NCBI GenBank assembly: GCA_046735395.1
Contig: JBJKQR010000036.1
Coordinates: 22,231-86,230 of the forward strand
Length of the DNA stretch: 64,000 bases
Reading direction: 5' to 3'
From: Fidelibacterota bacterium
GTDB taxonomy: Bacteria; Fidelibacterota; Fidelibacteria; Fidelibacterales; DSDE01
Below the pieces are notes generated by a model that was not told where the DNA came from, ran no database searches, and saw only the letters and a list, made by a program, of their open reading frames with translations. Positions 24,764 through 35,199 of this stretch are shown piece after piece (within the stretch, counting starts at the first letter, position 1; every line of letters begins with the position of its first letter). A program made the translations under genes and the position numbers.

Positions 24764-25777
24764 ATGGAAGATCAGACCGTCCTTATTGTAGATGACACGC
24801 CCATGAACATCGATGTTCTCAGCGGCATCCTTCAGGATAATTATAAGGTAAAAATCGCCATTAATGGAGAACTTGCGCTGGAGATCGCCCGGAAGCACAG
24901 GCCGGATATCATTCTGCTGGATATCATGATGCCGGGTATGGATGGCTATGAAGTCTGCCGCAGATTGAAACAGGATGTGGAGACCGCAAACATTCCTGTT
25001 ATTTTCATCACCGCAAAGGATCAGGTCGTGGACGAATCCCTTGGTTTCGAGGTCGGAGCTGTGGATTACATCACCAAACCCGTCTCGGCCGTCATCGTGA
25101 AAGCCCGCATCAGGACACACCTGGCTCTGCACGATCAAGCCCGAGCGCTGGAGAATCTTGTAAGAGAACGAACCCATGAACTGGAAATTACGCGCCTGGA
25201 AATTATCCGCCGTCTGAGTTCCGCCGCCGAATACCGGGATAATGAAACGGGACTGCATATTATCAGAATGAGCAAAATTTCCGAACTGATCGCCCGGCAG
25301 ATCGGCCTGGATCCCCAGGAAGCGGAACTTATACTGCAGGCGGCTCCCATGCATGACATCGGCAAAATCGGCGTACCGGACAATGTCCTGCTCAAACCTG
25401 CACGCCTGAATGACGGTGAATTTGAGATCATTAAACAACATTGTGAAAACGGTGTCCGGATAATCGGTGACTTCAATTCTCCCATCTTCAATTACGCCCG
25501 CGCAGCCGCTCTGAATCATCACGAAAAATTTAACGGTACCGGATATCCGAAAGGACTGGGAGAAGAGGAAATTCCGCTCATCGGCCGGATTCTGGCCATT
25601 GCCGATGTGTTTGATGCCCTCACCAGCGAACGTCCCTACAAGAAAGCATGGACGGTGGATGACGCAGTGGAACTCATCATTCGGGAAAAGGGTAAACATT
25701 TTGATCCGAAGCTGGTTGACGCCTTCCTCCGTATCCTGCCGCAGGCCCTTAGCATCCGCAGCGAATTCAAAGATTAA
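24764..25777 (+). CDS. Response regulator with HD-GYP phosphodiesterase domain (RpfG-like)
   Basis: REC (LIVDD..DIILLDIMMP..DYITKP) + MHDIGKIG..HHEKFNGTGYPKGL..ADVFDALTSERPYK. Confidence 0.94.
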   Translation: MEDQTVLIVDDTPMNIDVLSGILQDNYKVKIAINGELALEIARKHRPDIILLDIMMPGMDGYEVCRRLKQDVETANIPVIFITAKDQVVDESLGFEVGAVDYITKPVSAVIVKARIRTHLALHDQARALENLVRERTHELEITRLEIIRRLSSAAEYRDNETGLHIIRMSKISELIARQIGLDPQEAELILQAAPMHDIGKIGVPDNVLLKPARLNDGEFEIIKQHCENGVRIIGDFNSPIFNYARAAALNHHEKFNGTGYPKGLGEEEIPLIGRILAIADVFDALTSERPYKKAWTVDDAVELIIREKGKHFDPKLVDAFLRILPQALSIRSEFKD

Positions 25778-26058
25778 GCGATAAATCCCGGCGTAAAGTG
25801 TTGATCTCATGAAGAAGCCCTCTTGCCTGCAGTATAATTCAGACGTCATCAGAGTTCATGTTCAGCACTTTTTAACCCTGTTCCTCAAATGTTTTTGTTA
25901 TAGGCGCGAACATGTTTTAAATTGTTTACAGTAATTTGATATTTTCCTGAAACCCTCTGAAGCGGGAAATGGGAATGAGAATAGTCAGAGAGGAATTTTG
26001 AATAAATGAAATCAGGTAAATCTGTACACATTTACTATTAATTCCAGGAGTCCCAGAT

Positions 26059-27222
26059 ATGGAAACACAGAACACGTTTGATCCGGGCAGCAAGAACATT
26101 CTGGTCGTAGATGACAATGTCTCGTTTATCGAACTGGCCTCCACTCTGCTCAGGAATGAGGGTTACAACGTCTATTTCGCGACCAATGGCCGGGACGCGC
26201 TGACGCGCATTGAAAAACTCCCTGTTGATCTCATCCTGCTCGATATTATCATGCCCGACCTGGACGGTTATCAGGTCTGCGAGATGATCAGAGAAAGTGA
26301 AACGAACTCGGACATTCCCATTATTTTCCTGACAGCCCAGTCTGAAGTCTCCGATATTGTCCGGGGTTTCGAGGCGGGCGGACAGGATTACATCAACAAG
26401 CCCTTCAACAGCCGGGAACTGATCAGCCGTGTGGGAAACCATATCATGCTGAAACACAGCAGCGATCAGCTGAAAAATGAAATTTCCACGCGGAAGCAGG
26501 TGCAGAAGGAACTTGAGATCGCCAATAAGGCCAAAGACAAGCTCTTTTCCATCATTGCCCATGATCTGAACAATCCCTTTTCATCCCTGCTTATGTCCGT
26601 GGATCTGCTTAAAGACAGCTTCGAAAAATTCAGCGACCAGGATCGCCGGATCAGCCTGGAACAGATGAGCGAATCCGCGCACCGCATTTTTGAACTCAAC
26701 CGCAATCTTCTGACCTGGGCCCGCGCTCAATCGTCACGAATTGAAGTCCGTCTCAGCACCTACAATATTTACGATATTCTGGCAGAAAATGTTGCCCTGA
26801 TCTCCGAACTGGCCGAGAAAAAGGACATCTCCATCTCCATGCCTCCCCCAAACACCGTTCCCATCGTCGCTGACCGGGACCTGCTGAACACGATTTTCCG
26901 CAATATTCTGACCAACGGCATCAAGTTCACCGAACCCGGCGGAGACATTTTCATCGGTATTGAAAGCAATACGGAGTTCGCGGAAATCAGCATTCGGGAT
27001 ACGGGCGTCGGAATACCGCCGGAAAAACTTCCGAAACTGTTTTCCGTGGGAGAACAGAACAGTACCGCGGGGACTGCGAAGGAAAAAGGCACCGGCCTGG
27101 GCCTCCTCCTTACCAAGGAATTCGTTGAACTGAACCACGGAAAAATTGCTGTAACCAGCAGCGAGGGAAAGGGCAGCACCTTTACGGTCTCCATTCCCCT
27201 TTATAAAGAATCGGATAACTGA
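26059..27222 (+). CDS. Hybrid sensor kinase REC-HisKA-HATPase
   Basis: N-terminal REC; IIAHDLNNP H-box; NGIKFT, DTGVGI, GTGLGL boxes. Confidence 0.93.
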   Translation: METQNTFDPGSKNILVVDDNVSFIELASTLLRNEGYNVYFATNGRDALTRIEKLPVDLILLDIIMPDLDGYQVCEMIRESETNSDIPIIFLTAQSEVSDIVRGFEAGGQDYINKPFNSRELISRVGNHIMLKHSSDQLKNEISTRKQVQKELEIANKAKDKLFSIIAHDLNNPFSSLLMSVDLLKDSFEKFSDQDRRISLEQMSESAHRIFELNRNLLTWARAQSSRIEVRLSTYNIYDILAENVALISELAEKKDISISMPPPNTVPIVADRDLLNTIFRNILTNGIKFTEPGGDIFIGIESNTEFAEISIRDTGVGIPPEKLPKLFSVGEQNSTAGTAKEKGTGLGLLLTKEFVELNHGKIAVTSSEGKGSTFTVSIPLYKESDN

Positions 27223-27301
27223 GGAAACGGCTCTCCGAAGTCAGGACACAGGGCTTTTCCAATTGCCCGGGATATAAACACAGAGCAGGACATAGACGAA
27301 G

Positions 27302-30300
27302 ATGATTCATAAACTTCAGCAATATCTACTGGTCGGGTTGCTGATTTTACTGCCGAATCTCAGCAAAGCCGCCGGACTGCCCGATGCCGAATTTCTCTGC
27401 AATCTTGCAGAAGGCTGTACTTCCGCCGAGCAGGTTCAGGCCCGGGAATATCTGGATAGAGGCCTTGACATTGTCGATTCCCTCATCATACTTCAGGGGA
27501 AAAAAGATGAACGCTGGTCTCAAATCATCTGCCTGAAAGCCCGGTTCAGCCGGAAATTGGGACATATAGCCCTGGACGAAGGCCGTAATAATACAGCCCT
27601 CGCCTGTTTCCATGAAGCCTATGCGCTCTGCCTGCAGGCAGATTCCTCCCGTAAGACCGAATCCGATACGGAGCTCCACCAGACGATGGCCCGCTGTCTG
27701 AATGACATCGGATTGTCCCATATTCATCTCGGGAATTTTGACAAGGCGGCCGCTTCCATTCGAAAAGCTCAGGTCTATTACAGGGAATTAAAAAATGAGG
27801 CCGGAGTGGCTACCTGTCAGAATTATCTGGGAGAAATTCTGATTGCACGGATTTCGGAAGATCCTGCACACTTCAGCCCCCGACTGCTGCAGGAGGCGGA
27901 ACAGCATCTTCAGAATGCCATGAGCTACGCAGCATCGCAGACAGACAACTCCCTGTCAGCAACTCTCCAGGATAATCTTGGACAATTACAGAAGTTGAAG
28001 AAAAACACCCGGCAGGCTCTGGAATATTTCCAGAACTCCCTGGAAAATTTTCAACGGACTTCTGATGAAAAGAATATGGCCAGGGTTATGAACCATATCG
28101 CCGGAACCTATCTGGATATGGCCCGGCTTCAGAACGATCCCCGGCTTCGATCCGAATATTTCGATTCGGCTCTCTTCCATTCTCAGAAAGCATATGAGGC
28201 GGCAAAACGACTAGGACTGCTTTCACTGCAGAACGAAATTCTGGCAAATCTCTTCACGATCCACACGCTTACAGCCAATTATCCGGAGGCCCTCGCCTGG
28301 GCGGATTTGTACCTGGCAAATATGGACAGCATTTATCACGCTGAAAAATTGGATGTCATGGCCGATCTGGAAGCGAAATACGAGCTTCAGACCCGGGAGC
28401 AGGAAACCCAGAACCTCGCCCGTGAACTTGAGGAAAGCAACCGAAATCTCGCCGTGCATACCCTCCTCGAGAGCAGTGCCGTCATCGGCCTTGCGCTGGC
28501 GCTACTCTTTGCAGTGATGGCGTTTCGAGCCCGCCGAAAAATAGAAAAAATCAACATTTCTCTGGAAAATACAATTGAGGAGAGGACCCGGGAGTTCAAA
28601 ATCGCCGCGCACGATGCCTGGGAACGGATGAAGGAGATCCGCTGTCAGTATGCCATCAGCAGGCTCATGGATGACCGGAACTTAAGCTTCGAAGAATTCC
28701 TGAAGAGAGCCGTTCTGGAATTACCGCCTGCTTTTCAGTATCCGGATAAGGCTGTGGCTTCCATCGAATTTGACAACCTTTCGGCTCGTACACCCACATG
28801 GCAGGATGGCCGGTGGATGCTCATCGAAGACATCATGGATGGGGAGCAGAAGCGCGGCCGCATCCGTGTCAGCTACCCGGAAGCGATTTCGGATTCGGAG
28901 GTCAATCCATTTCTGAAAGAGGAAACAACGCTTCTGGAACGAATTGGTGCAGGCATTATCCAGCACTATCACCGCCAGAAAGCCGAAAGCGAAGCAAGTA
29001 TCTTCAAGGCCCTCGCCGATACGGGTGTTCATGGCCTGGCTATCAGCGACCTGCAGGGACATTTGCTTTACGTCAATCCCTATTTTGCCCGCATCCATGG
29101 CTACGATCCGGAAGAACTCTCCGGTCAGAGCTTAATGATCTTTCACCGCGAAGCTCAGCAGGACTTGATCCAGGATTCCATTGACGAATTGATCGAGACG
29201 GGACAATTCCAGGAACTGGAGCTTGAACATGTACACCGGGACGGCCATAGTTTCCGGATGCTGATGAACGGCGTCCTGCTGAAGGACAATGCCGGCAAGG
29301 CTGCCGAGATGGCGGTTACGGCCGTGGATATCACCCAGATCGTGGAAGCCCGGGAAAAGATCCACCGCTATAATGAGGAGCTTGAACGGGAGGTTCGCGC
29401 CCGTACGGAGGAGCAGAAAGCCACGCTCGATAAAATGGAAATCCTGAACAACTCCCTGATCAGCCATATCATGGCGCTGAATGAATCCGCCATTGTCTCC
29501 ACGGCAAATATCAATGGTGAAATAATCAGCGTCAATGATAATTTTATCAAACTGTACGGCTATACAAAAGATGAACTGCTGGGAAACAGCCACAAACTAC
29601 TCAATTCCGGTTACCATCTTCCTGAATTCTGGAAGTCCATGTGGAGCCAGGTACTGGGCGGACATACCTGGCGGGGCAATGTGAAGAATAAAGGTAAAGA
29701 CGGCCGCTTCTTCTGGGCAGACACGGTCATTACGCCGGTTCGTGATGAAAAGGGAAAGGTCACAGAACTGCTTGCCATCCGTTTTGATATTACCGAAAAG
29801 CGGCTGGCTGAAGAACAGCTGAGAGACGCGGAAGAACAGAGCCGGCTGCTTCTGAATTCTGCCAACGAGGGGATTTTCGGCCTGAATGAGAAGGGAATTA
29901 TCACCTTCATAAATCCCATGGTAACCTCTCTGCTGGGCTATAACCCCGGTGAAATCTATAATATGGACGCCCATGATTTTCATCCGCACATCAATCCTGT
30001 GAACGGCCAGGTCTATCCGGATGACGATTGCCCGCTGAATGCCGCCTACAGCCTGGGAAAATCCTCTCATGTGGAATTTGATTATTTCCTGAGAAAGGAC
30101 AAGTCCAAACTGCCGGTGGAATATAACGCCACGCCCATTCTGAAAGAAGGGGAAATTCTGGGCGCCGTCATCACCTTCAACGATATCAGCGAACGGCTGG
30201 AAGCAGAAAACCAGCTGAAGGAAAGTCAGGAGAGGTTGGCCCTAACCATCGACGGCAGCGGGGACGGGCTCTGGGATTACAACCATGTGAAAAACACGAT

Positions 30301-33300
30301 GTGGTATTCAGACCGTTTCCGGCAGATGCTGGGTTTTCGGGATGAAACGGATTTCCCGAACCTTGAAGATTCGTTTTACAGCTGCCTGCGGCCGGAGCGC
30401 GTGGATATGATCCGAACTTCGGTTCGGGATCACATAAAATATGACAGCATTCTGAATCTCGATGTGGAATGCAGAAATAAAAAAGGTATCTGGCGCTGGG
30501 TCAACCTGCGCGGTAAATCCCTGCGCAGCAAAGATAAACGTGCTATCCGGACCGCCGGCTCCATGACGGACATTACGCTCCGCAAACAAGCAGAGGATGA
30601 GATCCGAAAGCTGAATCTGGCCATCGAACAGAGCCCGGTTACCATTGTTATTACTGATGTGAACGGATCTATTCAGTACGTGAATCGCAGATTCTGCGAT
30701 GTCACCGGATATAGTTTTAACGAAGCGATCGGGCAGAATCCTCGTGTACTCAATTCCGGATTGCAGCAACCGGAATATTATAAGGAAATGTGGGAAACCA
30801 TAATCAGCGGGAAATCCTGGCAGGGTGAATTCATCAATAAAAAGAAATCCGGTGAACTTTTCTGGGAAAATGTCTTTATCTCTCCCCTCTTCAATGAGGA
30901 TGGCGACATCAGCAGTTTCATGGCCGTGAAAAATGATATTACGGAAAAAAAGGAAGCCGAGCGGCTCATTGCAGAGCAGCAGCAGCAGATGGAAATTCTG
31001 ATCAATACCATCCCCGGAACGGCCTACCGCTGCCTGATCGATGAACACTGGACCATGAAATTCATCAGTCACGAAATTGAACGGCTTTCCGGATACCCGG
31101 CAACCGATTTCGTTGACAATGCAGTCCGCAGCTACTCCAGCATTATTTATCCGGATGATCTGGAAAATGTTGACCAGGCAATCCACGCCGCCATCGAGCA
31201 GAACCGGCCCTATACCATTGAATACCGGGTCATTAAGAAAAATGGAGAGATTGTCTTCGTATATGAGAAAGGGCAGGCGGAGTATGATGAGGATCATCAT
31301 GCCGTCATGCTGGACGGAACCATCATTGACATATCCGACCGGAAAAAAATGGAGAACGAGCTGACCCTGTCCCGGGAAAACATTCGCAAAGTTATTGAAT
31401 CTGCACCTGTCGGCATTGCAATTCTGGATTATTATACACTCAAACCACTTCTCGTCAACCGGGAAATCTGCAAGGCCCTGGAGATTGACTACCGGGACGC
31501 CCTTGATTTTTCCACACTCAGCATTCTGCCCGATCCGGACAGCGCCACAGACGTGAAGGAATCCATGATGACGAATGGTCATGTTCTGGGGCAGGAGCGC
31601 CTTTTTCGCAGGCAGCAGAGCGGTGAGGATTTCTGGGCTGTCTTTTCCATGATCCCCATCGATTTCGAAGGAAAACCGGCGGTCCTCATCAGCTTCACGG
31701 ATATTACCAACCGGAAAAAGATGGAAGAGGATCTGGCTGCCAGCAAACAGGCGGCAGACACCATTGTGGATGCTATGCAGATCCCCACCGTCGTAACCCG
31801 TATCAAAAGCGGCGAAATCCTTCGCGCGAACCAGGCAATGGCCGACTTCCATCGGATCGATATGAAGGACGTCATGGCCATGACCGCTTATGATTGGTAT
31901 GCCAATCCGGATGAACGGCAGGCCCTGATCTCAAAAATGCAGACATACGGCAAATTATCAAATGAGGAAGTTCGCTTCAAGATAAGTACAAGCGGTGAAA
32001 TCCGCTACACTCTGCTTTCCTTTGTTCCCATTCGTTTCATGGGAGAAAACTGCCTGCTCGGATCTTTTATCGACATTACGGAACTGAAGAATATTCAGAA
32101 GGAATTGTCTGTAGCCAAGGAGGATGCGGAAGCTGCCACCGTGGCCAAAAGCCAGTTCCTCGCATCCATGTCTCATGAAATCCGCACGCCCATGAACGCC
32201 ATTCTCGGCCTTACGGCGCTCACGCTCAAAACCCAGCTTGACCCCAAACAGGCGGATTATCTCCAGAAAATTGACCGTTCCGCCCTGTCGCTGCTGGGAA
32301 TTATCAATGATATTCTGGATTTTTCCAAGATTGAAGCGGGCAAGATGACCCTTGAAGATGCGAGTTTCGATCTGGAGCAGGTCATCGCCACCGTAACCAA
32401 TCTCATTTCCCAGAAAGCACAGGAAAAAGAACTTGAATTTTCCATCCACATTGACCGAAATATTCCCCTTTATCTTGTGGGCGATCCGGTCCGTCTCGGC
32501 CAGGTTATTACCAATTACTGCAGCAACGCGGTGAAATTCACAGATCAGGGGGAAATAATTCTGCGTGCGGACCTGCTGGAGGAAACGGATGATGATGTAA
32601 CATTGCAGTTCTCGGTACAGGACACAGGAATAGGCCTGACGCGAAAGCAGCAGGATCGGCTCTTTCAATCCTTCTCACAGGCAGATCAATCCACCACCCG
32701 GCGCTTCGGCGGTACCGGCCTGGGACTTGTCATCAGTAAAAAAATCGCCGAGATGATGGGCGGAAAAGTCTGGGTCGAATCCAGGTATCATTTCGGAAGT
32801 ACCTTTTATTTCAGCGCGACCCTGAAAAAACAGGAAGAGCAATGGCGAAAGGAATTCAAGCCTTCGGGTGAACTTACTAATATGAATGTGCTGATCTGTG
32901 ATGATAATGAAACCGCACGGGAAATACTCGAGGAAGCGCTCACCGCATTTTCATTTGCGGTGACTACCGTAAAGTCGGGAAAGGAAGCCATCGAAGCCAT
33001 TAAGGCAGGACGGAAGGATCCTTTTCAGTTGGTCATTATGGATTATAAGATGCCCGAAATGAATGGGATAGAAACAGCTGAAATCATAAAAAGTGAGGTG
33101 GGCATCCACATCCCCACGATTATCATGATTACCGCTTTCGGCCGCGATGAAATCGCAGCCAAGGCGAAGGATGTAGGAATCGAAGGCTATCTCGAAAAGC
33201 CGGTTACCTACTCCATGCTGTTTGATACCATCATGAATGTTTTCAGGAAGGATGCCCGCACCAGTAAGGGCAAAAATGAAGACCGGCGTCCATATCAGGC

Positions 33301-34393
33301 GAAACTGGACAAAATACAGGGTGCACGGATTCTCCTCGTTGAAGACAACGAAATCAATCAGCAGGTTGCCGGTGAATTGCTGGAAAATGACGGATTTTCC
33401 GTTGACATTGCCCAAAATGGCCTGGCAGCGCTCGTCATGCTTAAAACCTCTCAGGAAACCATACCCTATGACATAGTCCTTATGGATATTCAGATGCCCA
33501 TCATGGACGGCTACAAAACAACTCAGGAAATCCGCAAGCTGCCCTTTTTCGATTCAACACCCATTGTTGCCATGACTGCCGATGCCATGACGGGTGTGAG
33601 AGAAAAATGTCTCGCAACCGGGATGCAGGATTATATCACCAAACCTATTAATGAGGACGAGGTCCTGACAGCGCTGATTCGCTGGATCAAACCCGGCCGG
33701 AGTGAATCTGCCATTGGAAGCCACAGACCAGGGAAAGGACAGAAATCCAATTCCGATAGCGCTGCGCAGGGTGAGGATCTCCCGCCCATTACCGGGATTG
33801 ATGTTGTCGCAGGACTGAAACGGATAGCAGGGAATAAGGACCTGTACCGGAACCTGCTGCGGAAATTTGCAGCCGATTATTCTGATTTTGAAAAGTCCCT
33901 TCTGGCCATTATTCAGTCGAATGAGACTGAGGCGGCCATTCGCCTGGCCCATTCATTAAAAGGTGTTTCCGGCAATCTGGGGGCAGATGGCATCTTCATT
34001 TTAGCACGGGATCTGGAAGCTGTCCTGCGGACTTCGGCCAGTGATCAGGATAGCTGGCAGGAGTTGCTCAGGCGTGTCTCCCTGGAACTGAACCGAAGCA
34101 TCGAAAGCATCTGGGAAAACTTCCCCGAAAGACGCGATACCGTCAGGGAAGAACCGACGGAGGACGTGGATATGGAGGCAGTTGCTGCCGCACTTGATGA
34201 TATGACAAACCATCTTGAGCAGTACAGCACAAGGGCCGGCGATGATTTCAGGCGCCTGAAAACCATTTTGAAAGCGTCCGGTTTTATGGATGAGATGAAA
34301 AATCTGGAAAAATATATCTCGGGCTATGATTTCGAGAATGCCGTCATCATCGCGATGGAAATAAGAAAAAAACTGGAAGATCTTGGTGAATAA
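27302..34393 (+). CDS. Giant hybrid histidine kinase: TPR-like extracytoplasmic region, TM, GAF-like, about 8 PAS, HisKA, HATPase, 2 REC, Hpt
   Basis: A.CLNDIG/NYLG/NHIA TPR-like repeats; repeated PAS/PAC ending DITE.K; MSHEIRTPMNAI; GGTGLGL; two REC; AHSLKGVSGNLGA. Confidence 0.93.
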   Translation: MIHKLQQYLLVGLLILLPNLSKAAGLPDAEFLCNLAEGCTSAEQVQAREYLDRGLDIVDSLIILQGKKDERWSQIICLKARFSRKLGHIALDEGRNNTALACFHEAYALCLQADSSRKTESDTELHQTMARCLNDIGLSHIHLGNFDKAAASIRKAQVYYRELKNEAGVATCQNYLGEILIARISEDPAHFSPRLLQEAEQHLQNAMSYAASQTDNSLSATLQDNLGQLQKLKKNTRQALEYFQNSLENFQRTSDEKNMARVMNHIAGTYLDMARLQNDPRLRSEYFDSALFHSQKAYEAAKRLGLLSLQNEILANLFTIHTLTANYPEALAWADLYLANMDSIYHAEKLDVMADLEAKYELQTREQETQNLARELEESNRNLAVHTLLESSAVIGLALALLFAVMAFRARRKIEKINISLENTIEERTREFKIAAHDAWERMKEIRCQYAISRLMDDRNLSFEEFLKRAVLELPPAFQYPDKAVASIEFDNLSARTPTWQDGRWMLIEDIMDGEQKRGRIRVSYPEAISDSEVNPFLKEETTLLERIGAGIIQHYHRQKAESEASIFKALADTGVHGLAISDLQGHLLYVNPYFARIHGYDPEELSGQSLMIFHREAQQDLIQDSIDELIETGQFQELELEHVHRDGHSFRMLMNGVLLKDNAGKAAEMAVTAVDITQIVEAREKIHRYNEELEREVRARTEEQKATLDKMEILNNSLISHIMALNESAIVSTANINGEIISVNDNFIKLYGYTKDELLGNSHKLLNSGYHLPEFWKSMWSQVLGGHTWRGNVKNKGKDGRFFWADTVITPVRDEKGKVTELLAIRFDITEKRLAEEQLRDAEEQSRLLLNSANEGIFGLNEKGIITFINPMVTSLLGYNPGEIYNMDAHDFHPHINPVNGQVYPDDDCPLNAAYSLGKSSHVEFDYFLRKDKSKLPVEYNATPILKEGEILGAVITFNDISERLEAENQLKESQERLALTIDGSGDGLWDYNHVKNTMWYSDRFRQMLGFRDETDFPNLEDSFYSCLRPERVDMIRTSVRDHIKYDSILNLDVECRNKKGIWRWVNLRGKSLRSKDKRAIRTAGSMTDITLRKQAEDEIRKLNLAIEQSPVTIVITDVNGSIQYVNRRFCDVTGYSFNEAIGQNPRVLNSGLQQPEYYKEMWETIISGKSWQGEFINKKKSGELFWENVFISPLFNEDGDISSFMAVKNDITEKKEAERLIAEQQQQMEILINTIPGTAYRCLIDEHWTMKFISHEIERLSGYPATDFVDNAVRSYSSIIYPDDLENVDQAIHAAIEQNRPYTIEYRVIKKNGEIVFVYEKGQAEYDEDHHAVMLDGTIIDISDRKKMENELTLSRENIRKVIESAPVGIAILDYYTLKPLLVNREICKALEIDYRDALDFSTLSILPDPDSATDVKESMMTNGHVLGQERLFRRQQSGEDFWAVFSMIPIDFEGKPAVLISFTDITNRKKMEEDLAASKQAADTIVDAMQIPTVVTRIKSGEILRANQAMADFHRIDMKDVMAMTAYDWYANPDERQALISKMQTYGKLSNEEVRFKISTSGEIRYTLLSFVPIRFMGENCLLGSFIDITELKNIQKELSVAKEDAEAATVAKSQFLASMSHEIRTPMNAILGLTALTLKTQLDPKQADYLQKIDRSALSLLGIINDILDFSKIEAGKMTLEDASFDLEQVIATVTNLISQKAQEKELEFSIHIDRNIPLYLVGDPVRLGQVITNYCSNAVKFTDQGEIILRADLLEETDDDVTLQFSVQDTGIGLTRKQQDRLFQSFSQADQSTTRRFGGTGLGLVISKKIAEMMGGKVWVESRYHFGSTFYFSATLKKQEEQWRKEFKPSGELTNMNVLICDDNETAREILEEALTAFSFAVTTVKSGKEAIEAIKAGRKDPFQLVIMDYKMPEMNGIETAEIIKSEVGIHIPTIIMITAFGRDEIAAKAKDVGIEGYLEKPVTYSMLFDTIMNVFRKDARTSKGKNEDRRPYQAKLDKIQGARILLVEDNEINQQVAGELLENDGFSVDIAQNGLAALVMLKTSQETIPYDIVLMDIQMPIMDGYKTTQEIRKLPFFDSTPIVAMTADAMTGVREKCLATGMQDYITKPINEDEVLTALIRWIKPGRSESAIGSHRPGKGQKSNSDSAAQGEDLPPITGIDVVAGLKRIAGNKDLYRNLLRKFAADYSDFEKSLLAIIQSNETEAAIRLAHSLKGVSGNLGADGIFILARDLEAVLRTSASDQDSWQELLRRVSLELNRSIESIWENFPERRDTVREEPTEDVDMEAVAAALDDMTNHLEQYSTRAGDDFRRLKTILKASGFMDEMKNLEKYISGYDFENAVIIAMEIRKKLEDLGE

Positions 34394-34652
34394 ATATTAT
34401 CACTATCCTGCACAACTCAATGGCTGCAGAACCCGATTTTATGCTGTTATTAACGGTGTATCCGATTATTTTGATACGCTTACGAATCCCCGATATAAGC
34501 CCTTGATTACCCAAGGTCCTCCCTCTATCCCGCGGGCAGATCACAGAAGGAAATAGAGCTTGAAATTTGGGCTGAAATATCCAATATTGGACTTGAGGCT
34601 GTAACACGGTTCTCCCTGGGCCTCAGGTGAAACCTATAAATAGAGCCGGGAA

Positions 34653-35057
34653 ATGGAAAAAACATTCGGAACTTTCATTCTTCTTAATTTCGAAGCGGCA
34701 TTGGCGCGTCTCGGAAACAATGAAAAAATTTATTCGAAAGTCCTGTCGAGGTTTTCAGAAAACGGAAACCTCATTGATCAATGTCTGTCCGCACTGGAAA
34801 GAGACGATTATGAATCTGCCGAACGGGCCGCTCACACACTGAAGGGAAATGCAGGTACGGTGGGTGCCGATACAGTGTACGAAATTGCGCGGCATCTGCA
34901 GACTAACATCCATGACCACCCTGAGGATAAATCCGAAATACTCAGGAAGATCCGCGACATGCGACACGAATTTGAAATGGTCATCAAAGAAATCAACCTG
35001 TATCAGAAACGATCCCGTGAGCAAACCCTAAAAATGGAAAATCCCGGTCCGCATTGA
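34653..35057 (+). CDS. Stand-alone Hpt phosphotransfer protein
   Basis: ALARLGNNEKIY..AERAAHTLKGNAGTVGA. Confidence 0.88.
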   Translation: MEKTFGTFILLNFEAALARLGNNEKIYSKVLSRFSENGNLIDQCLSALERDDYESAERAAHTLKGNAGTVGADTVYEIARHLQTNIHDHPEDKSEILRKIRDMRHEFEMVIKEINLYQKRSREQTLKMENPGPH

Positions 35058-35199
35058 TCATATGCCTCCCGAAAAGAAACACATTGACGCCATCCATGAC
35101 CGTTTTTGTCACCGACATCCGAATTCTTTCTCCGATCCATGATCGCCCGGGTCGGATAACTCTCCGCCTTGTTTCATTCTTCTGGAAGGTAGAGCAGCA